A DNA stretch of 64,000 bases from Deltaproteobacteria bacterium. GTDB taxonomy: Bacteria > Myxococcota_A > UBA9160 > SMWR01. The position numbers were made by a program, and so were the translations under genes. The notes under the pieces are model-generated. The model did not search any database. It was not told the DNA's origin and saw only the letters and a list, made by a program, of their open reading frames with translations. The stretch spans positions 10,646 to 74,645 of the forward strand of contig JAQBHB010000002.1 of the NCBI GenBank assembly GCA_032128115.1, written 5' to 3'. Positions 20,398-30,939 of the stretch are shown piece after piece (the stretch's first letter is position 1; the number at the start of each line of letters is the position of its first letter).

Positions 20398-21429
20398 ATG
20401 TCGGAAGCCCAACCGGGCCAGCTGTTGTTCGCGGGATTCGAAGGCACGCGGCTCCCGCGCGATCTGGCCGATCTCATCGCCGCCGGCCGGCTGGGGGGTG
20501 TCGTGCTGTTCGCCCGCAACCTGCAGGGCCCCGAGCAGGCGCGCGCCCTGGTCGACGCCCTACACGCGAGCGCACCCCCCGACACGCCGCTCACGGTGGC
20601 GATCGACCAGGAAGGCGGCCGCGTGCAGCGCCTGCGCGCGCCCTGGACCGAGTGGCCGCCCATGCGGCGACTCGGGGAACGCGATTCCCTCGAAGACGTG
20701 CGCCAGCTGGCCCGCGCCCTGGGACGCGAGCTCGCGGATCTGCGCATCGATCTCGACTTCGCGCCGGTGGTGGACGTGGACACCAATCCGGACAACCCGG
20801 TGATCGGCGACCGCAGCTTCTCCCGCGACCCGGAGCAGGTGGGACGCCTGGCGGCGGCATTCGTCGCGGCCCTCCAGGATGAGGGCGTCGCCGCCTGTGC
20901 GAAGCATTTCCCCGGCCATGGGGATACGTCGGTGGACAGCCACCTGGACCTGCCGCGCATCGACCACGATCTCTCGCGCTTGCGGGCCACCGAGATTCCA
21001 CCCTTCCAGGCGGCCATCGACGCGGGTGTGGCCAGCATCATGACGGCCCACATCCTGCTGCCCCAGCTGTCGCAGCACATGCCCGCCACGCTCTCGCGCG
21101 AGGTGTTGCAGATATTGCGCAGCGACCTGGGCTACGACGGGCTCGTCTTCGGGGACGATTTCGAGATGGCCGCCGTGGCCGAGCACTTCACGCCCGAGCA
21201 GGCCACGGAGGCAGCCCTTGCAGCCGGCGTGGACGCGGTGATGGTGTGCAAGCGCGCGGACCTCCGGGATCAGGTCCTGGCGGCGCTCGAAGCCGCGCCG
21301 GAGTCGCTGCTCGCGCCGGCGTTCGCGCGCATGCGCCACTTCAAGCGCGAGTGGTCGGGAGGGCGACACGCCAGCGGGGCAAGCCCTCCGTACGCGCAGC
21401 ACCTGGGGCTGGCAAGGCGTCTGGCCTGA
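20398..21429 (+). CDS. nagZ: beta-N-acetylhexosaminidase (GH3)
   Basis: DQEGGRVQR and KHFPGHGD..DSH motifs. Confidence 0.9.
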   Translation: MSEAQPGQLLFAGFEGTRLPRDLADLIAAGRLGGVVLFARNLQGPEQARALVDALHASAPPDTPLTVAIDQEGGRVQRLRAPWTEWPPMRRLGERDSLEDVRQLARALGRELADLRIDLDFAPVVDVDTNPDNPVIGDRSFSRDPEQVGRLAAAFVAALQDEGVAACAKHFPGHGDTSVDSHLDLPRIDHDLSRLRATEIPPFQAAIDAGVASIMTAHILLPQLSQHMPATLSREVLQILRSDLGYDGLVFGDDFEMAAVAEHFTPEQATEAALAAGVDAVMVCKRADLRDQVLAALEAAPESLLAPAFARMRHFKREWSGGRHASGASPPYAQHLGLARRLA

Positions 21430-21442
21430 GTCCTTTGCCAGC

Positions 21443-22213
21443 TCAGAAGGGCCAGTTGCTGGCGATCAGACCGCCGTCCACTTCCATCACCTTGCCGGTG
21501 ACGAAGCTCGACGCCGGCGACGCCAGATAGAGAGCCGCCAGGGCGATGTCCTCCACCTGGCCGATGCGAGCCATGGGCGTTCTCGACTCCATGGCACCGC
21601 GAAGTTCGTCGTTCAGGAACGGCGCCAGGGCCGAGGTCTCCACGGCGCCCACGCCAATGGCGTTCACGCGCACGTTCGGTGCGAACTCGGCCGCCAGCTG
21701 TTGGGTCATGAACGACAGCGCTGCCTTCGCAGTGCCGTAGGCCACGAAGTTTGCCTGGGGCAGGCGTCCCGCGGCCGACGAGATGTTCACGATCGAGCCG
21801 CCGCCGGTCTCCAGCATGTGGGGAATCACCAGACGACTCATGTGGAAGGCCGTGGTCACGTTGAAGTGGAAGGCGCGCTCCAGGCTGCGGTCGCTGGTCT
21901 GGAGGGCGGCCTTCGGCGGCGAGCCTCCGGCGTTGTTCACCAGGATGTCGATGCGACCGAATTCCTTGAGGGTCTGGGCCACCACGTCGTCGAGCTGTTC
22001 GTCCTGCATCACGTCGCAGGGGACGGCCAGGGCCCGCCGTCCCAGACTGCGCACCTTCGCGGCCACGGCCTCGATCTGTTCGAGCGTACGGGCGGCGCAC
22101 ACCACGTTCGCTCCCATCTCGGCGAACGCCAGGGCCGAGCCCTCGCCGATGCCGCGGCCGGCGCCGGTCACGATCGCCACCTTGTCGTCGAGTCGGAATC
22201 GATCCAGGATCAC
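21443..22213 (-). CDS. short-chain dehydrogenase (7-alpha-HSDH-like)
   Basis: TGAGRGIG, NNAG and YGTAK motifs. Confidence 0.9.
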   Translation of the reverse strand: MILDRFRLDDKVAIVTGAGRGIGEGSALAFAEMGANVVCAARTLEQIEAVAAKVRSLGRRALAVPCDVMQDEQLDDVVAQTLKEFGRIDILVNNAGGSPPKAALQTSDRSLERAFHFNVTTAFHMSRLVIPHMLETGGGSIVNISSAAGRLPQANFVAYGTAKAALSFMTQQLAAEFAPNVRVNAIGVGAVETSALAPFLNDELRGAMESRTPMARIGQVEDIALAALYLASPASSFVTGKVMEVDGGLIASNWPF

Positions 22214-22351
22214 GGACGGACCTCCTCACTGCCATCGTCGAATGGAACGGGTCATTATAGACTGCCGCTGGCCCCGGGAGGTGCCGTGTGATGGTCAAGC
22301 GGGTGTTCGTCTTGCTGCGTCTTCCGCATCGGGCCCAGGAGAACGCAGTCG

Positions 22352-23629
22352 TTGGGAAGTAGGCAACACCGCCCCATGCTGGCGCTGGCGGCGTTGGGGT
22401 GCTGCGCCCTGGGCGCCTCCGAGATCGAGCGGATCAGCCGGCGCGGCCCGGGGATGCCCGTCAACGCCGGCGCCTACCATCCGGCCGCCAGCCACGACTG
22501 CGGTGTGGTCGTCTTCAGCATGGCCGGCAGCGTCTTCGCGTACGAACCCGGGCGCGAGGGGCTGGAACGCATCAGCGTCGCCCGCGACGGCGGCGTGGCG
22601 AATCATTCCAGCGGACCCTCCGCCATCAGTTCCGGAGGCCGATTCGTGGCGTTCCAGTCCGGCGCCTCGAACCTGGTCGCCGCGGACCGCAACCGCCATG
22701 ACGACACGTTCGTCCGCGACCGCGAGACCGGTGAGACCACGCGGGTGAGTGTTTCGAATCGCGGCATCGAAGCCGACGACGTCGGCGCCCCACTGGGCCA
22801 CCCCCTGGCCCTGAGCGCGGACGGGCAGATCGCGGCCTTCAGCTCGAGGGCCGCCAACCTGGCCTTCGGAGACCGCAACCAGAAGATGGACGCCTTCATC
22901 CGCGACCGGATGCGCGGCAAGATTCAACGGGTCAGCATCTCATCCCGGTCCAAGGAAGCCGACGGGGACAGCTTCGCCACGGGCATGAGCGCCAGCGGTC
23001 GCTTCGTGGTGTTTTCGTCCGATGCCACCAACCTGGTGCCCGGAGACGTAAACGCCGCGCGCGATGTCTTCGTGCGCGATCGGGGCTCGGGCCTCACCAC
23101 GCGAGTCAGCGTCTCGGACTCCTGGCGCCAGGGCAACGGAACCAGCGATTTCGGAGTGGTCAGTGACAACGGCCGCTTCGTGGCATTTGCCTCCGAGGCC
23201 TCGAACCTGGTGACGAACGACGGCAACGGCGCGCGTGACATCCTGGTTCGCGATCGGGTCCGGGAGGTCACGCTGCTGGTGAGCGCCACCGCCAAGGGTG
23301 AGCCGGGCAACGGCCCCAGTGACTTTCCGGCCATCAGCTCCAGTGGCCGCTTCATCGCCTTCAGCTCCAGGGCCGAAAACCTGGTGGAGAAGGACACCAA
23401 CGGCGTCGCCGATGTCTTTGTGTACGACGGCTGGCGGGGCCGGATGACCCGGGTGAGCGTTTCCAACGCTGGCACCCAGGCCGATGGCGACAGTGGCCAG
23501 TGGTCGGTGGCGATCAGCCCCGACGGGTCGTGCGTGGCCTTCGATTCGTACGCAACCAATCTCGTGCCCGACGACGGCAACAAGACCCTCGACGTCTTCG
23601 TGGTGCGGCGATTGCACGCGTCGCCGTGA
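22352..23629 (+). CDS. secreted TolB-like/PD40 beta-propeller repeat protein
   Basis: Six repeats of SxxGRFVAFxSxAxNLVxxDxN..DVFVRD; likely start ATG 22376. Confidence 0.8.
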   Translation: MGSRQHRPMLALAALGCCALGASEIERISRRGPGMPVNAGAYHPAASHDCGVVVFSMAGSVFAYEPGREGLERISVARDGGVANHSSGPSAISSGGRFVAFQSGASNLVAADRNRHDDTFVRDRETGETTRVSVSNRGIEADDVGAPLGHPLALSADGQIAAFSSRAANLAFGDRNQKMDAFIRDRMRGKIQRVSISSRSKEADGDSFATGMSASGRFVVFSSDATNLVPGDVNAARDVFVRDRGSGLTTRVSVSDSWRQGNGTSDFGVVSDNGRFVAFASEASNLVTNDGNGARDILVRDRVREVTLLVSATAKGEPGNGPSDFPAISSSGRFIAFSSRAENLVEKDTNGVADVFVYDGWRGRMTRVSVSNAGTQADGDSGQWSVAISPDGSCVAFDSYATNLVPDDGNKTLDVFVVRRLHASP

Positions 23630-24381
23630 GTCCCATCTACGCCCTCGGGCCCGAGATCTCCTTCCCGCCGGTGGAAGAGGCGGACAAGAGCGGCCTGCTG
23701 GCGGTGGGGGGCGACCTTTCGGCGGAACGCCTGTTGCTGGCCTACTCGCTGGGAATCTTTCCCTGGTACGAGGACGGGCAACCCGTTCTGTGGCATGCCC
23801 CGGACCCGCGCATGCTGCTGGCCCCGTCGGCCCTGCGAGTTTCGCGCAGCCTGGCTCGCAGCCTGCGCCGCGGTCGCTTCGAGCTGCGACTCGATACGGC
23901 GTTCCGGGCGGTGGTGCGCGGGTGCGCCGAGGCGCCGCGCAAGGGCGAACCGGGAACCTGGATCACGGACGACATGTTCGAGGCCTACTGCCTCCTGCAC
24001 GAGCTGGGCTTCGCCCACAGCGTCGAATCGTGGCAGCGGGGCGAGTTGGTGGGCGGCATGTACGGGGTGTCCCTGGGTGGATGCTTCTTCGGCGAGTCCA
24101 TGTTTGCGCGCCAGCGCGACGCTTCGAAGGTGGCGCTGGTGGGACTGGTGCGACAGATCGAGGCCTGGGGCTTCGACCTGCTCGACTGCCAGATCCACTC
24201 CGATCACCTGGCGCGGCTGGGCGCCGCCGAACGTCCGCGGGGCTGGTTCACCCGCGCCCTGGGGTTCTCGTTGCAGAAACAGACGCGGCGCGGCGCGTGG
24301 CACTTCGACCCCGCAGTTCTCGACGATCTGTCGCAGCAGAGGGCCAGGTCCGCGCTTCCAGACCGCTGCGCCGAGCCGTAG
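23626..24381 (+). CDS. aat: leucyl/phenylalanyl-tRNA-protein transferase
   Basis: GLLAVGGDL, AYSLGIFPW and FFGESMF..DASKVA motifs. Confidence 0.95.
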   Translation: MSPIYALGPEISFPPVEEADKSGLLAVGGDLSAERLLLAYSLGIFPWYEDGQPVLWHAPDPRMLLAPSALRVSRSLARSLRRGRFELRLDTAFRAVVRGCAEAPRKGEPGTWITDDMFEAYCLLHELGFAHSVESWQRGELVGGMYGVSLGGCFFGESMFARQRDASKVALVGLVRQIEAWGFDLLDCQIHSDHLARLGAAERPRGWFTRALGFSLQKQTRRGAWHFDPAVLDDLSQQRARSALPDRCAEP

Positions 24382-24382
24382 A

Positions 24383-25291
24383 ATGGCCGCGCGCACCGAT
24401 TCCCCGCGCACCGGAGGCCGTCCCCCATTGACCCTGCGCAATCTTGCATTCGAAGGGCCCAACGCCGAGCAGATCGAGTACTGGAACGCCCAGGCGGGCC
24501 CGCGTTGGGTGAGCGCCCAGGAGATTCTCGATGCACAGCTCTCCGAGATCGGGCTGCGCGGCATGGAACGCGCGGAGGTGGCGGGCGGTCATCAGGTTCT
24601 CGACGTGGGCTGCGGTTGCGGCCAGACCAGCCTGCAGCTGGCCGAGCGGGTCGGCCCGGAAGGTTCCGTCACCGGAATCGACATCTCCTCGGTGATGCTG
24701 GCGCGCGCCCGCGACCGGGCGGCGGGCTGGGGAAGCGTGCGTTTCGAGAATGCCGACGCCCAGACGGAGGAGCTTCCCGCCGGGCACTTCGACCGCATCT
24801 TCTCTCGCTTCGGCGTGATGTTCTTCGGCGACCCCAAGGCCGCCTTCCGGAACCTGCACGCGGCCTGCAAGCCCGGCGGGCGGCTCGCGTTCCTGTGCTG
24901 GCAGGCGCTCGGGCGCAACGATTGGATGCGGGTGCCCTTGGCCGCCGCGGCCGCGCACCTGACGCTGCCCGCCCCCCCGTCGCCGGACGCACCCGGACCG
25001 TTCGCATTCGCGGATCCGGAACACGTGTGTGGGATCCTGGCGAGCGCGGGCTTCCACGACGTGGCCTGGGGACCACTGGAGCAGCCCCTCTCGGTGGGAG
25101 GCGGCGCGGACGTGGACACGGTCGCCGAGTTCCTGTTGGGCCTGGGACCGTTGGGGCGCATCATCGGCGATGGGGATGATGCCACCCGCGCCCGGGTGAT
25201 GGGCGCCATTCGCGAGTCGCTGGCTCCCTACACAACCGCAAGCGGCGTCCGCATGGACTCGGCCGCCTGGGTCTTCACGGCCAATCCGTGA
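24383..25291 (+). CDS. class I SAM-dependent methyltransferase
   Basis: VLDVGCGCG and SRFGVMFF motifs. Confidence 0.9.
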   Translation: MAARTDSPRTGGRPPLTLRNLAFEGPNAEQIEYWNAQAGPRWVSAQEILDAQLSEIGLRGMERAEVAGGHQVLDVGCGCGQTSLQLAERVGPEGSVTGIDISSVMLARARDRAAGWGSVRFENADAQTEELPAGHFDRIFSRFGVMFFGDPKAAFRNLHAACKPGGRLAFLCWQALGRNDWMRVPLAAAAAHLTLPAPPSPDAPGPFAFADPEHVCGILASAGFHDVAWGPLEQPLSVGGGADVDTVAEFLLGLGPLGRIIGDGDDATRARVMGAIRESLAPYTTASGVRMDSAAWVFTANP

Positions 25292-25337
25292 ACCGGCACC
25301 GATCCGTGAACCGGCACCACGTCGTGAACCGGCACCA
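25284..25337. repeat. 3 x 18-bp tandem repeat with core CGTGAACCGGCACC
   Basis: Units at 25284, 25302 and 25320, starting over the methyltransferase stop codon. Confidence 0.85.
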
Positions 25338-25343
25338 CGTGCG

Positions 25344-26549
25344 ATGAGCGCGAAAGCCGACTGGGGCTGGGCCAGCGAACTCGAGGACGTCTCGTCCCAG
25401 GTGGCCATCGTCGGCGTGGGCGACGCCGACCAGACCCGGGCCTCGGGCCGCACCGCCCTCGAAATCGCGGGCCAGGCCGTCGAGCGCGCCATCGCCGACG
25501 CGGGACTTCGGCCCGAAGACGTGGACGGGATCCTCTTCAGCGGCGGTCTCGGAGACGCCTTCGACGACAAGGCCTTCCGTGCCCACTTCGGCACGCATCA
25601 CGAAATGTTCACCTCGGGCGCAGGCGGTGCCATGGTGTGGGCGGCCACGGCGCCCTGCATCGCCGCGAAGGCCCTGCAGAGCGGCAGGGCCCGCCACATC
25701 GTGAACGTCTTCTCGGTGTCGTGGGCCACGCAGCGCTCGAGCATGCTGGGGGGGCCCGGTCAGTTCCACGCGGCCGAGCGCTTCAAGCGAAATCTGGAGG
25801 TTCCCTTCGGCTGGTTTCCCCAGCCTGTCTACTTCGCAACCATCGCGCGCCGCCACATGTTCGAGTTCGGCACCACGCCCGAACAACTCGGCGCCATCGC
25901 CGTGGCATGCCGCCGCCACGCCAACCTGCACCCGGGCGCCGTCATGAGGGACAAGACCCTGACTCTCGACGACTACCTGGCGCGACCCATGCTGGTGGAT
26001 CCCCTGCGCGTGGAAGATTGCTGCCTGATCTCCGACGGGGGCGGCGCCTACGTGATGACCACTCCCGAGCGCGCCCGCGACCTGCGCAAGCCGCCGGTTC
26101 TCGTGGCCGGTGTGGGCGAGGCCCATTCGGCCACCGGCACCTACTGGAGTCAGCAATCGGCCTTCACCAGCACGCCCCAGGTCTTCTCGGCGCCCGCGGC
26201 CTTCGCCATGGCGGGGCTCTCCCCCAGCGACGTGGATGTGCTGACCCTCTACGATCCCTTCACGATCGTGGCGCTCATGCAGATCGAGGACATGGGCTTC
26301 TGCCCCAAGGGCGAGGGCGGCCGCTTCGTGGAGGGAACGCGCCTGCACCACGACGGCGGCGGGCTTCCCTACAACACCCACGGCGGTCTGCTCTCCCACG
26401 CCTACGTGCTCGGCATCTCCCATGTGGTGGAGGTGGTGCGCCAACTGCGGGGCGAGGCCGCCGCCCAGGTGCCCGACGCGAAGGTGGGCGTCTACGGCGG
26501 CTACACCGGGCACATGGCCAGCACGCTGGTCATGCGGAGCGAGGCGTGA
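25344..26549 (+). CDS. thiolase-superfamily (SCP2/lipid-transfer type) protein
   Basis: DCCLISDGG and NTHGGLLS motifs; paired with a DUF35 gene. Confidence 0.88.
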   Translation: MSAKADWGWASELEDVSSQVAIVGVGDADQTRASGRTALEIAGQAVERAIADAGLRPEDVDGILFSGGLGDAFDDKAFRAHFGTHHEMFTSGAGGAMVWAATAPCIAAKALQSGRARHIVNVFSVSWATQRSSMLGGPGQFHAAERFKRNLEVPFGWFPQPVYFATIARRHMFEFGTTPEQLGAIAVACRRHANLHPGAVMRDKTLTLDDYLARPMLVDPLRVEDCCLISDGGGAYVMTTPERARDLRKPPVLVAGVGEAHSATGTYWSQQSAFTSTPQVFSAPAAFAMAGLSPSDVDVLTLYDPFTIVALMQIEDMGFCPKGEGGRFVEGTRLHHDGGGLPYNTHGGLLSHAYVLGISHVVEVVRQLRGEAAAQVPDAKVGVYGGYTGHMASTLVMRSEA

Positions 26550-26977
26550 GCATCCCCTTCCCCATGCCCGACACCGAGTGGGAGGCCACCCGCGAGTTCT
26601 GGCAGGCCGCCTCCGAGAATCGGCTCGTGATCCCCCGCTGCTCGGCGTGCCAGACCTGGAACTGGTATCCGGGAGAAGTGTGCCGAGCCTGCCACGACGG
26701 ATCGCTTTCGTGGACGCCCGTGTCGGGTCGCGGCACGCTCTTCTCCTGGGCGCTGGTGGACCGCGCCTTCGTGCCGGCGTTCGCAGAGGAGATCCCCTAT
26801 CTCACGGGCCTGGTGTCGCTGGCGGAAGACCCGGCCGTGCGCCTGGTGACGCGCCTGGTGGACTGCGAGCCCGGCGACCTGCGCATGGATCTCCCCATGC
26901 AGGTGGTGTACCGCCCCCTGCGCTTCCCGGAGACACCGGACGAGGTCATGGCCCCCTTCTTCGCCCCGGCCATTTGA
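26546..26977 (+). CDS. Zn-ribbon/OB-fold (DUF35) thiolase partner
   Basis: FW..A...L...RCSAC...CRAC and SGRGTLFSW motifs. Confidence 0.88.
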   Translation: MSIPFPMPDTEWEATREFWQAASENRLVIPRCSACQTWNWYPGEVCRACHDGSLSWTPVSGRGTLFSWALVDRAFVPAFAEEIPYLTGLVSLAEDPAVRLVTRLVDCEPGDLRMDLPMQVVYRPLRFPETPDEVMAPFFAPAI

Positions 26978-27162
26978 ATTCGCCAGACCCTTCCTGTACC
27001 AACCCTGGATTCCTCGCCCTGGCCATCGCCTGGCCGGGCGTAAGCCGCGCGGACTCCCGACTCCAGATCGTCCTGGGGGATCCGGACTGGGAACTTCCCG
27101 ACGTGGGGCCTGGGTTCGCCAGGCGCGCAGCGTCCGGGTTTCGGCCGTGGGCGACCGTCTGC

Positions 27163-28338
27163 CTACTCGGGTTCGAGCTGGAAGCGCTCGAGGTAGGGGG
27201 CGAAGGCCTCTCGGATGGCTTCCGGAGCGATCCCGAACTCCTCGGGCGTATAGCGATGGATTCCGTGCTTGCCCTTGGGGTTGTCCGCGATGAAGGCCTT
27301 CATCGCGGTGGCGCCTGTCTCCGTCATGGGCAGATCGAAGGCGCGGTAGATCTTCTCGACCTCGCCGAATTGATTGGAGACGAAATCCTGGAAGTACATG
27401 TCGTAGAACCGGGCGTCCGGATAGGCTGCGGCGCTTCGCACGGAGATGGCGTGCTCGAGCACGTGCTTGATGCGCGCGGTCCAGTCCGACGCGATCTCCA
27501 CCGGGTCCACTTCGTCACTGCCCATGGATCGAACCAGTGCGGTGAGGCTCGCGTACGACGTCATGGTCTTTACGGGGTCCCTATGCGTGAAGACGATGCG
27601 CGCATCCGGATACGTGCGAAGCAGGTGCTCGAGCCCCCACATGTGGGCGCCCGTCTTGAGCACCCAGCGCGGTCCCGGGTTGCGGAACTGCAGGTGCTGC
27701 AGCTGCTGGATGTGGAAATCGTAGACGTGCTTCCAGTCCGCTTCGAAGTCGACCCAGTCCTCGTAGCTGGGGACCCGGAACTGATTGTGGAACAAGGGAG
27801 TGCACATGGTCTCGCCCATCAGGGTCACGCACTCCTGGGACAGCTGGGCGCCCATGGGATGCATGGCCTTGAAGGCGGGGATCTGGAGTTCGACCCCCGG
27901 GAAGGTCGCGGCGCAGGCCTCGATGCGCGGGTCCGTCGCAAAGCTTGCCGCTTCCGGGGGCGGCGAGGGGAACATGGCCTCCCAGGTCAGCGGTACCTTG
28001 TTGTCCGGGTCCGCGCCCAGGATGTCGTGCAGGATCGTGGTGCCGGTGCGCGGCATGCCGACGATGAAGACGGGCTTCGCGATCTTCTCCTGCGCGATCT
28101 CGGGCCACGACTTGCGGTCGCCCACATAGTCGAGGCGGTTGCGGGTGTGCCCAAGTACGCGCTCGCGCGCAATCATGCGACCGATGGCGTTGAGCCGCCC
28201 TTCGCGTTCCAGGGAAGCGAGCAGGCGCTCGAGGGGTTCGAGGAAGGGCCCCGGGCCGAAGTCCTGGCGACCCCCGGCCCGCCGCCACGCCTCCTGGAGG
28301 ATCGAGTCCAGTTCGAGACTCGTCGCGCTTTCACTCAT
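27163..28338 (-). CDS. sulfotransferase family protein
   Basis: PVFIVGMPRTGTT (PAPS-binding loop), WVLK and HRDP motifs. Confidence 0.9.
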   Translation of the reverse strand: MSESATSLELDSILQEAWRRAGGRQDFGPGPFLEPLERLLASLEREGRLNAIGRMIARERVLGHTRNRLDYVGDRKSWPEIAQEKIAKPVFIVGMPRTGTTILHDILGADPDNKVPLTWEAMFPSPPPEAASFATDPRIEACAATFPGVELQIPAFKAMHPMGAQLSQECVTLMGETMCTPLFHNQFRVPSYEDWVDFEADWKHVYDFHIQQLQHLQFRNPGPRWVLKTGAHMWGLEHLLRTYPDARIVFTHRDPVKTMTSYASLTALVRSMGSDEVDPVEIASDWTARIKHVLEHAISVRSAAAYPDARFYDMYFQDFVSNQFGEVEKIYRAFDLPMTETGATAMKAFIADNPKGKHGIHRYTPEEFGIAPEAIREAFAPYLERFQLEPE

Positions 28339-28514
28339 CTTCGGCTCCTCCGTGCGTCCTGGAACGCAGGCTACCGTACCCCCTGCCCGCGCAGGCGAGC
28401 GCATTCGGCAGCGGCCGCGCTGCCCCCCCTTCTTCGCTCCCGCCGTGTAAACTGACGGCCTGCCAGATACACCGGGAGATACACCGGGCCGAGACCCGGA
28501 TCCCAGGGAGCCCC

Positions 28515-29696
28515 ATGGCCGATCTGTTTCGCGACGCCGCCAGCATCGATTACCCGATCGTCGATTGCGACTCCCACGTGAACGAACCGCCGGATCTGTG
28601 GCAGGAGCGCGTGCCCGCTCGCTGGAAGGATCGCGCCCCCATGGTGAAACACACCGAGAAGGGCGATGTCTGGCTCTTCGACGGCGGGCGCGAGAAGTGG
28701 CCCGTGGGCCTCACGGCCGTGGCCGGACTCTCCTACTTCGACTTCCGGCCCATGGGCATCACGTACGAAAGCATGCGCCCGGGGAGCTTCGACACCAAGG
28801 CGCGTCTGCAGGACATGGACGCGGACGGCATCTACGCCCAGGTGCTGTACCCGAGCGTCACGCTCAAGGGCGCCAAGATCTACAGCGACGAGCGCGAATT
28901 GCAGCTCGTGTGTGTTCGCGCCTACAACGACTGGCTGCTGGAATTCTGCCAGGGTTCCGGGGGCCGGCTGATTCCCCAGGCCATCATCCCCACCACCGGG
29001 CTCGACGACGCGCTCGCCGAACTCGACTACGCCCTGGCGAACGATCACCGGGGAATCGTGATCTCTTCGTTTCCCAACGGGAGCATCGACCCCAAGCCCG
29101 AGGACGATCGCTTCTGGGCGGCGATCCAGGAGGCCGGCTGCCCCGTTTCGGTGCACATCGGAAGTTTCGTGCGGGCCGACCTGGCGGGGCGACGCGAGTC
29201 GTGGTCGTCGCTGGCCTTCGTGGGCATGGCCGCGCTCACCAAGGCGGGCGGCCAGACGCTGCCCGCCGTGTGCGACATCCTGTTCTCGGGAATCTTCCAG
29301 CGCTTTCCGGAACTCAAGATCGTGCTGGTGGAATCCAACATCGGCTGGATCCCCACGCTTCTCGAACAGAGCGACGACATGTTCCGGCGCTATCGCTGGT
29401 ACACCGGCGCCGTCAACGAGCAGAAGGAGATGCCCAGCGACATCTTCTTCCGGAACTTCTGGGCCACCTTCATGGTGGACACGGTGGGCATGGACCTGCG
29501 CCACCGCATGAACGTGGACCACCTGATGTGGTCCACCGACTACCCCCACAGCGGCTCGGACTGGCCCAATTCGCGGATCACCATCGAGCGGGTGTTCCGG
29601 GACGTCCCGGTGGACCAGGTCAAGAAGATGCTCCACAGCAACTGCGTGAAGCTCTACGGACTGGACCACATTCCCGAGCGTCTACCCCACCGCTGA
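28515..29696 (+). CDS. amidohydrolase 2 family protein
   Basis: DCDSHVNEP, RAYNDW and MWSTDYPH motifs. Confidence 0.9.
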   Translation: MADLFRDAASIDYPIVDCDSHVNEPPDLWQERVPARWKDRAPMVKHTEKGDVWLFDGGREKWPVGLTAVAGLSYFDFRPMGITYESMRPGSFDTKARLQDMDADGIYAQVLYPSVTLKGAKIYSDERELQLVCVRAYNDWLLEFCQGSGGRLIPQAIIPTTGLDDALAELDYALANDHRGIVISSFPNGSIDPKPEDDRFWAAIQEAGCPVSVHIGSFVRADLAGRRESWSSLAFVGMAALTKAGGQTLPAVCDILFSGIFQRFPELKIVLVESNIGWIPTLLEQSDDMFRRYRWYTGAVNEQKEMPSDIFFRNFWATFMVDTVGMDLRHRMNVDHLMWSTDYPHSGSDWPNSRITIERVFRDVPVDQVKKMLHSNCVKLYGLDHIPERLPHR

Positions 29697-29790
29697 ATGG
29701 ATACGGTGCTTTTTCACCACATCTCCGAGGCTTGAAAACCCTGTCTCGGCCGCGCTACTAGACCAACGCTTCCTGGGGGACCCATCTCGC

Positions 29791-30927
29791 ATGACCGCGC
29801 TGAAGGTCGGGATCGTGGGCGTGGGCAACTGCGCCAGTTCCCTGGTTCAGGGGATCGAGTACTACCGCGGCCGCAGCGCCGAGGACGCGGTGGGCCTCAT
29901 GCACTGGAGCCTCGGCGGCTATACGCCCGCGAGCCTCGAGGTGGTGGCCGCCTTCGACATCGATGCCCGCAAGGTGGGGCACGACGTGAGCGAAGCGATC
30001 TTCGCCGCGCCCAACTGCACCACGGTCTTCCATCCCAACGTGCCCAAGGCCGGCATTCCGGTGCGCATGGGCCGCATCCTGGACGGCTTCTCCGATCACA
30101 TGCGCGACTACGAGGAGCGCCGCACCTTCGTGCTCTCGGACGCATTCGAGGCCGACCGGGATGAGGTGGTGCGCGTTCTCGTGGACGCGGGCACCCACGT
30201 GCTCGTGAACTATCTGCCGGTGGGATCGGAGCAGGCCACGCGTTTCTACGCCGAGTGCGCTCTCGAGGCGCGCTGTGCCTTCGTGAACTGCATGCCCGTA
30301 TTCATCGCCAGCAATCCCGACTGGGCCCGGCGCTTCGAGGAAGCGAACCTCCCGATCGTGGGCGACGACATCAAGGCCCAACTGGGCGCCACCATCACCC
30401 ACCGCATGCTCACCGACCTGTTCCACAAGCGGGGCGTCAAGCTCGAGCGCACCTACCAGCTCAACACGGGCGGCAACACCGACTTCCTCAACATGCTGAA
30501 CCGGACGCGGCTCTCCTCCAAGAAGGAGTCGAAGACCGAAGCGGTGCAGTCGGTGGCCGCCGAGCGACTCGACCCGAACGACATCCACATCGGACCCAGC
30601 GACTACGTGGCCTGGCAGAAGGACAACAAGGTCTGCTTCCTGCGCATGGAGGGAAGGCTCTTCGGCGACGTTCCCATGAACCTGGAGCTCCGCCTGTCCG
30701 TCGAGGACTCGCCCAATTCCGCCGGTGTCTCCATCGACGCCATCCGCTGCTGCAAGCTGGCGCTGGAGCGGGGCACAGGCGGCGTCCTGCACGGCCCCTC
30801 CGCCTACCTGATGAAGCACCCCCCCGTACAACACACGGACGACGAAGCCCACCGCATGATCAACGCCTTCATCAACGGCACGGACAGTGACGAAGTAGCC
30901 CCCCGCAAGGCCAGCGCCACCGCCTAG
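29791..30927 (+). CDS. ino1: myo-inositol-3-phosphate synthase
   Basis: VGVGNCASSL, GDDIK and LNTGGNTDFLNM...SKKESKT motifs. Confidence 0.95.
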   Translation: MTALKVGIVGVGNCASSLVQGIEYYRGRSAEDAVGLMHWSLGGYTPASLEVVAAFDIDARKVGHDVSEAIFAAPNCTTVFHPNVPKAGIPVRMGRILDGFSDHMRDYEERRTFVLSDAFEADRDEVVRVLVDAGTHVLVNYLPVGSEQATRFYAECALEARCAFVNCMPVFIASNPDWARRFEEANLPIVGDDIKAQLGATITHRMLTDLFHKRGVKLERTYQLNTGGNTDFLNMLNRTRLSSKKESKTEAVQSVAAERLDPNDIHIGPSDYVAWQKDNKVCFLRMEGRLFGDVPMNLELRLSVEDSPNSAGVSIDAIRCCKLALERGTGGVLHGPSAYLMKHPPVQHTDDEAHRMINAFINGTDSDEVAPRKASATA

Positions 30928-30939
30928 CCCCGCACTCCC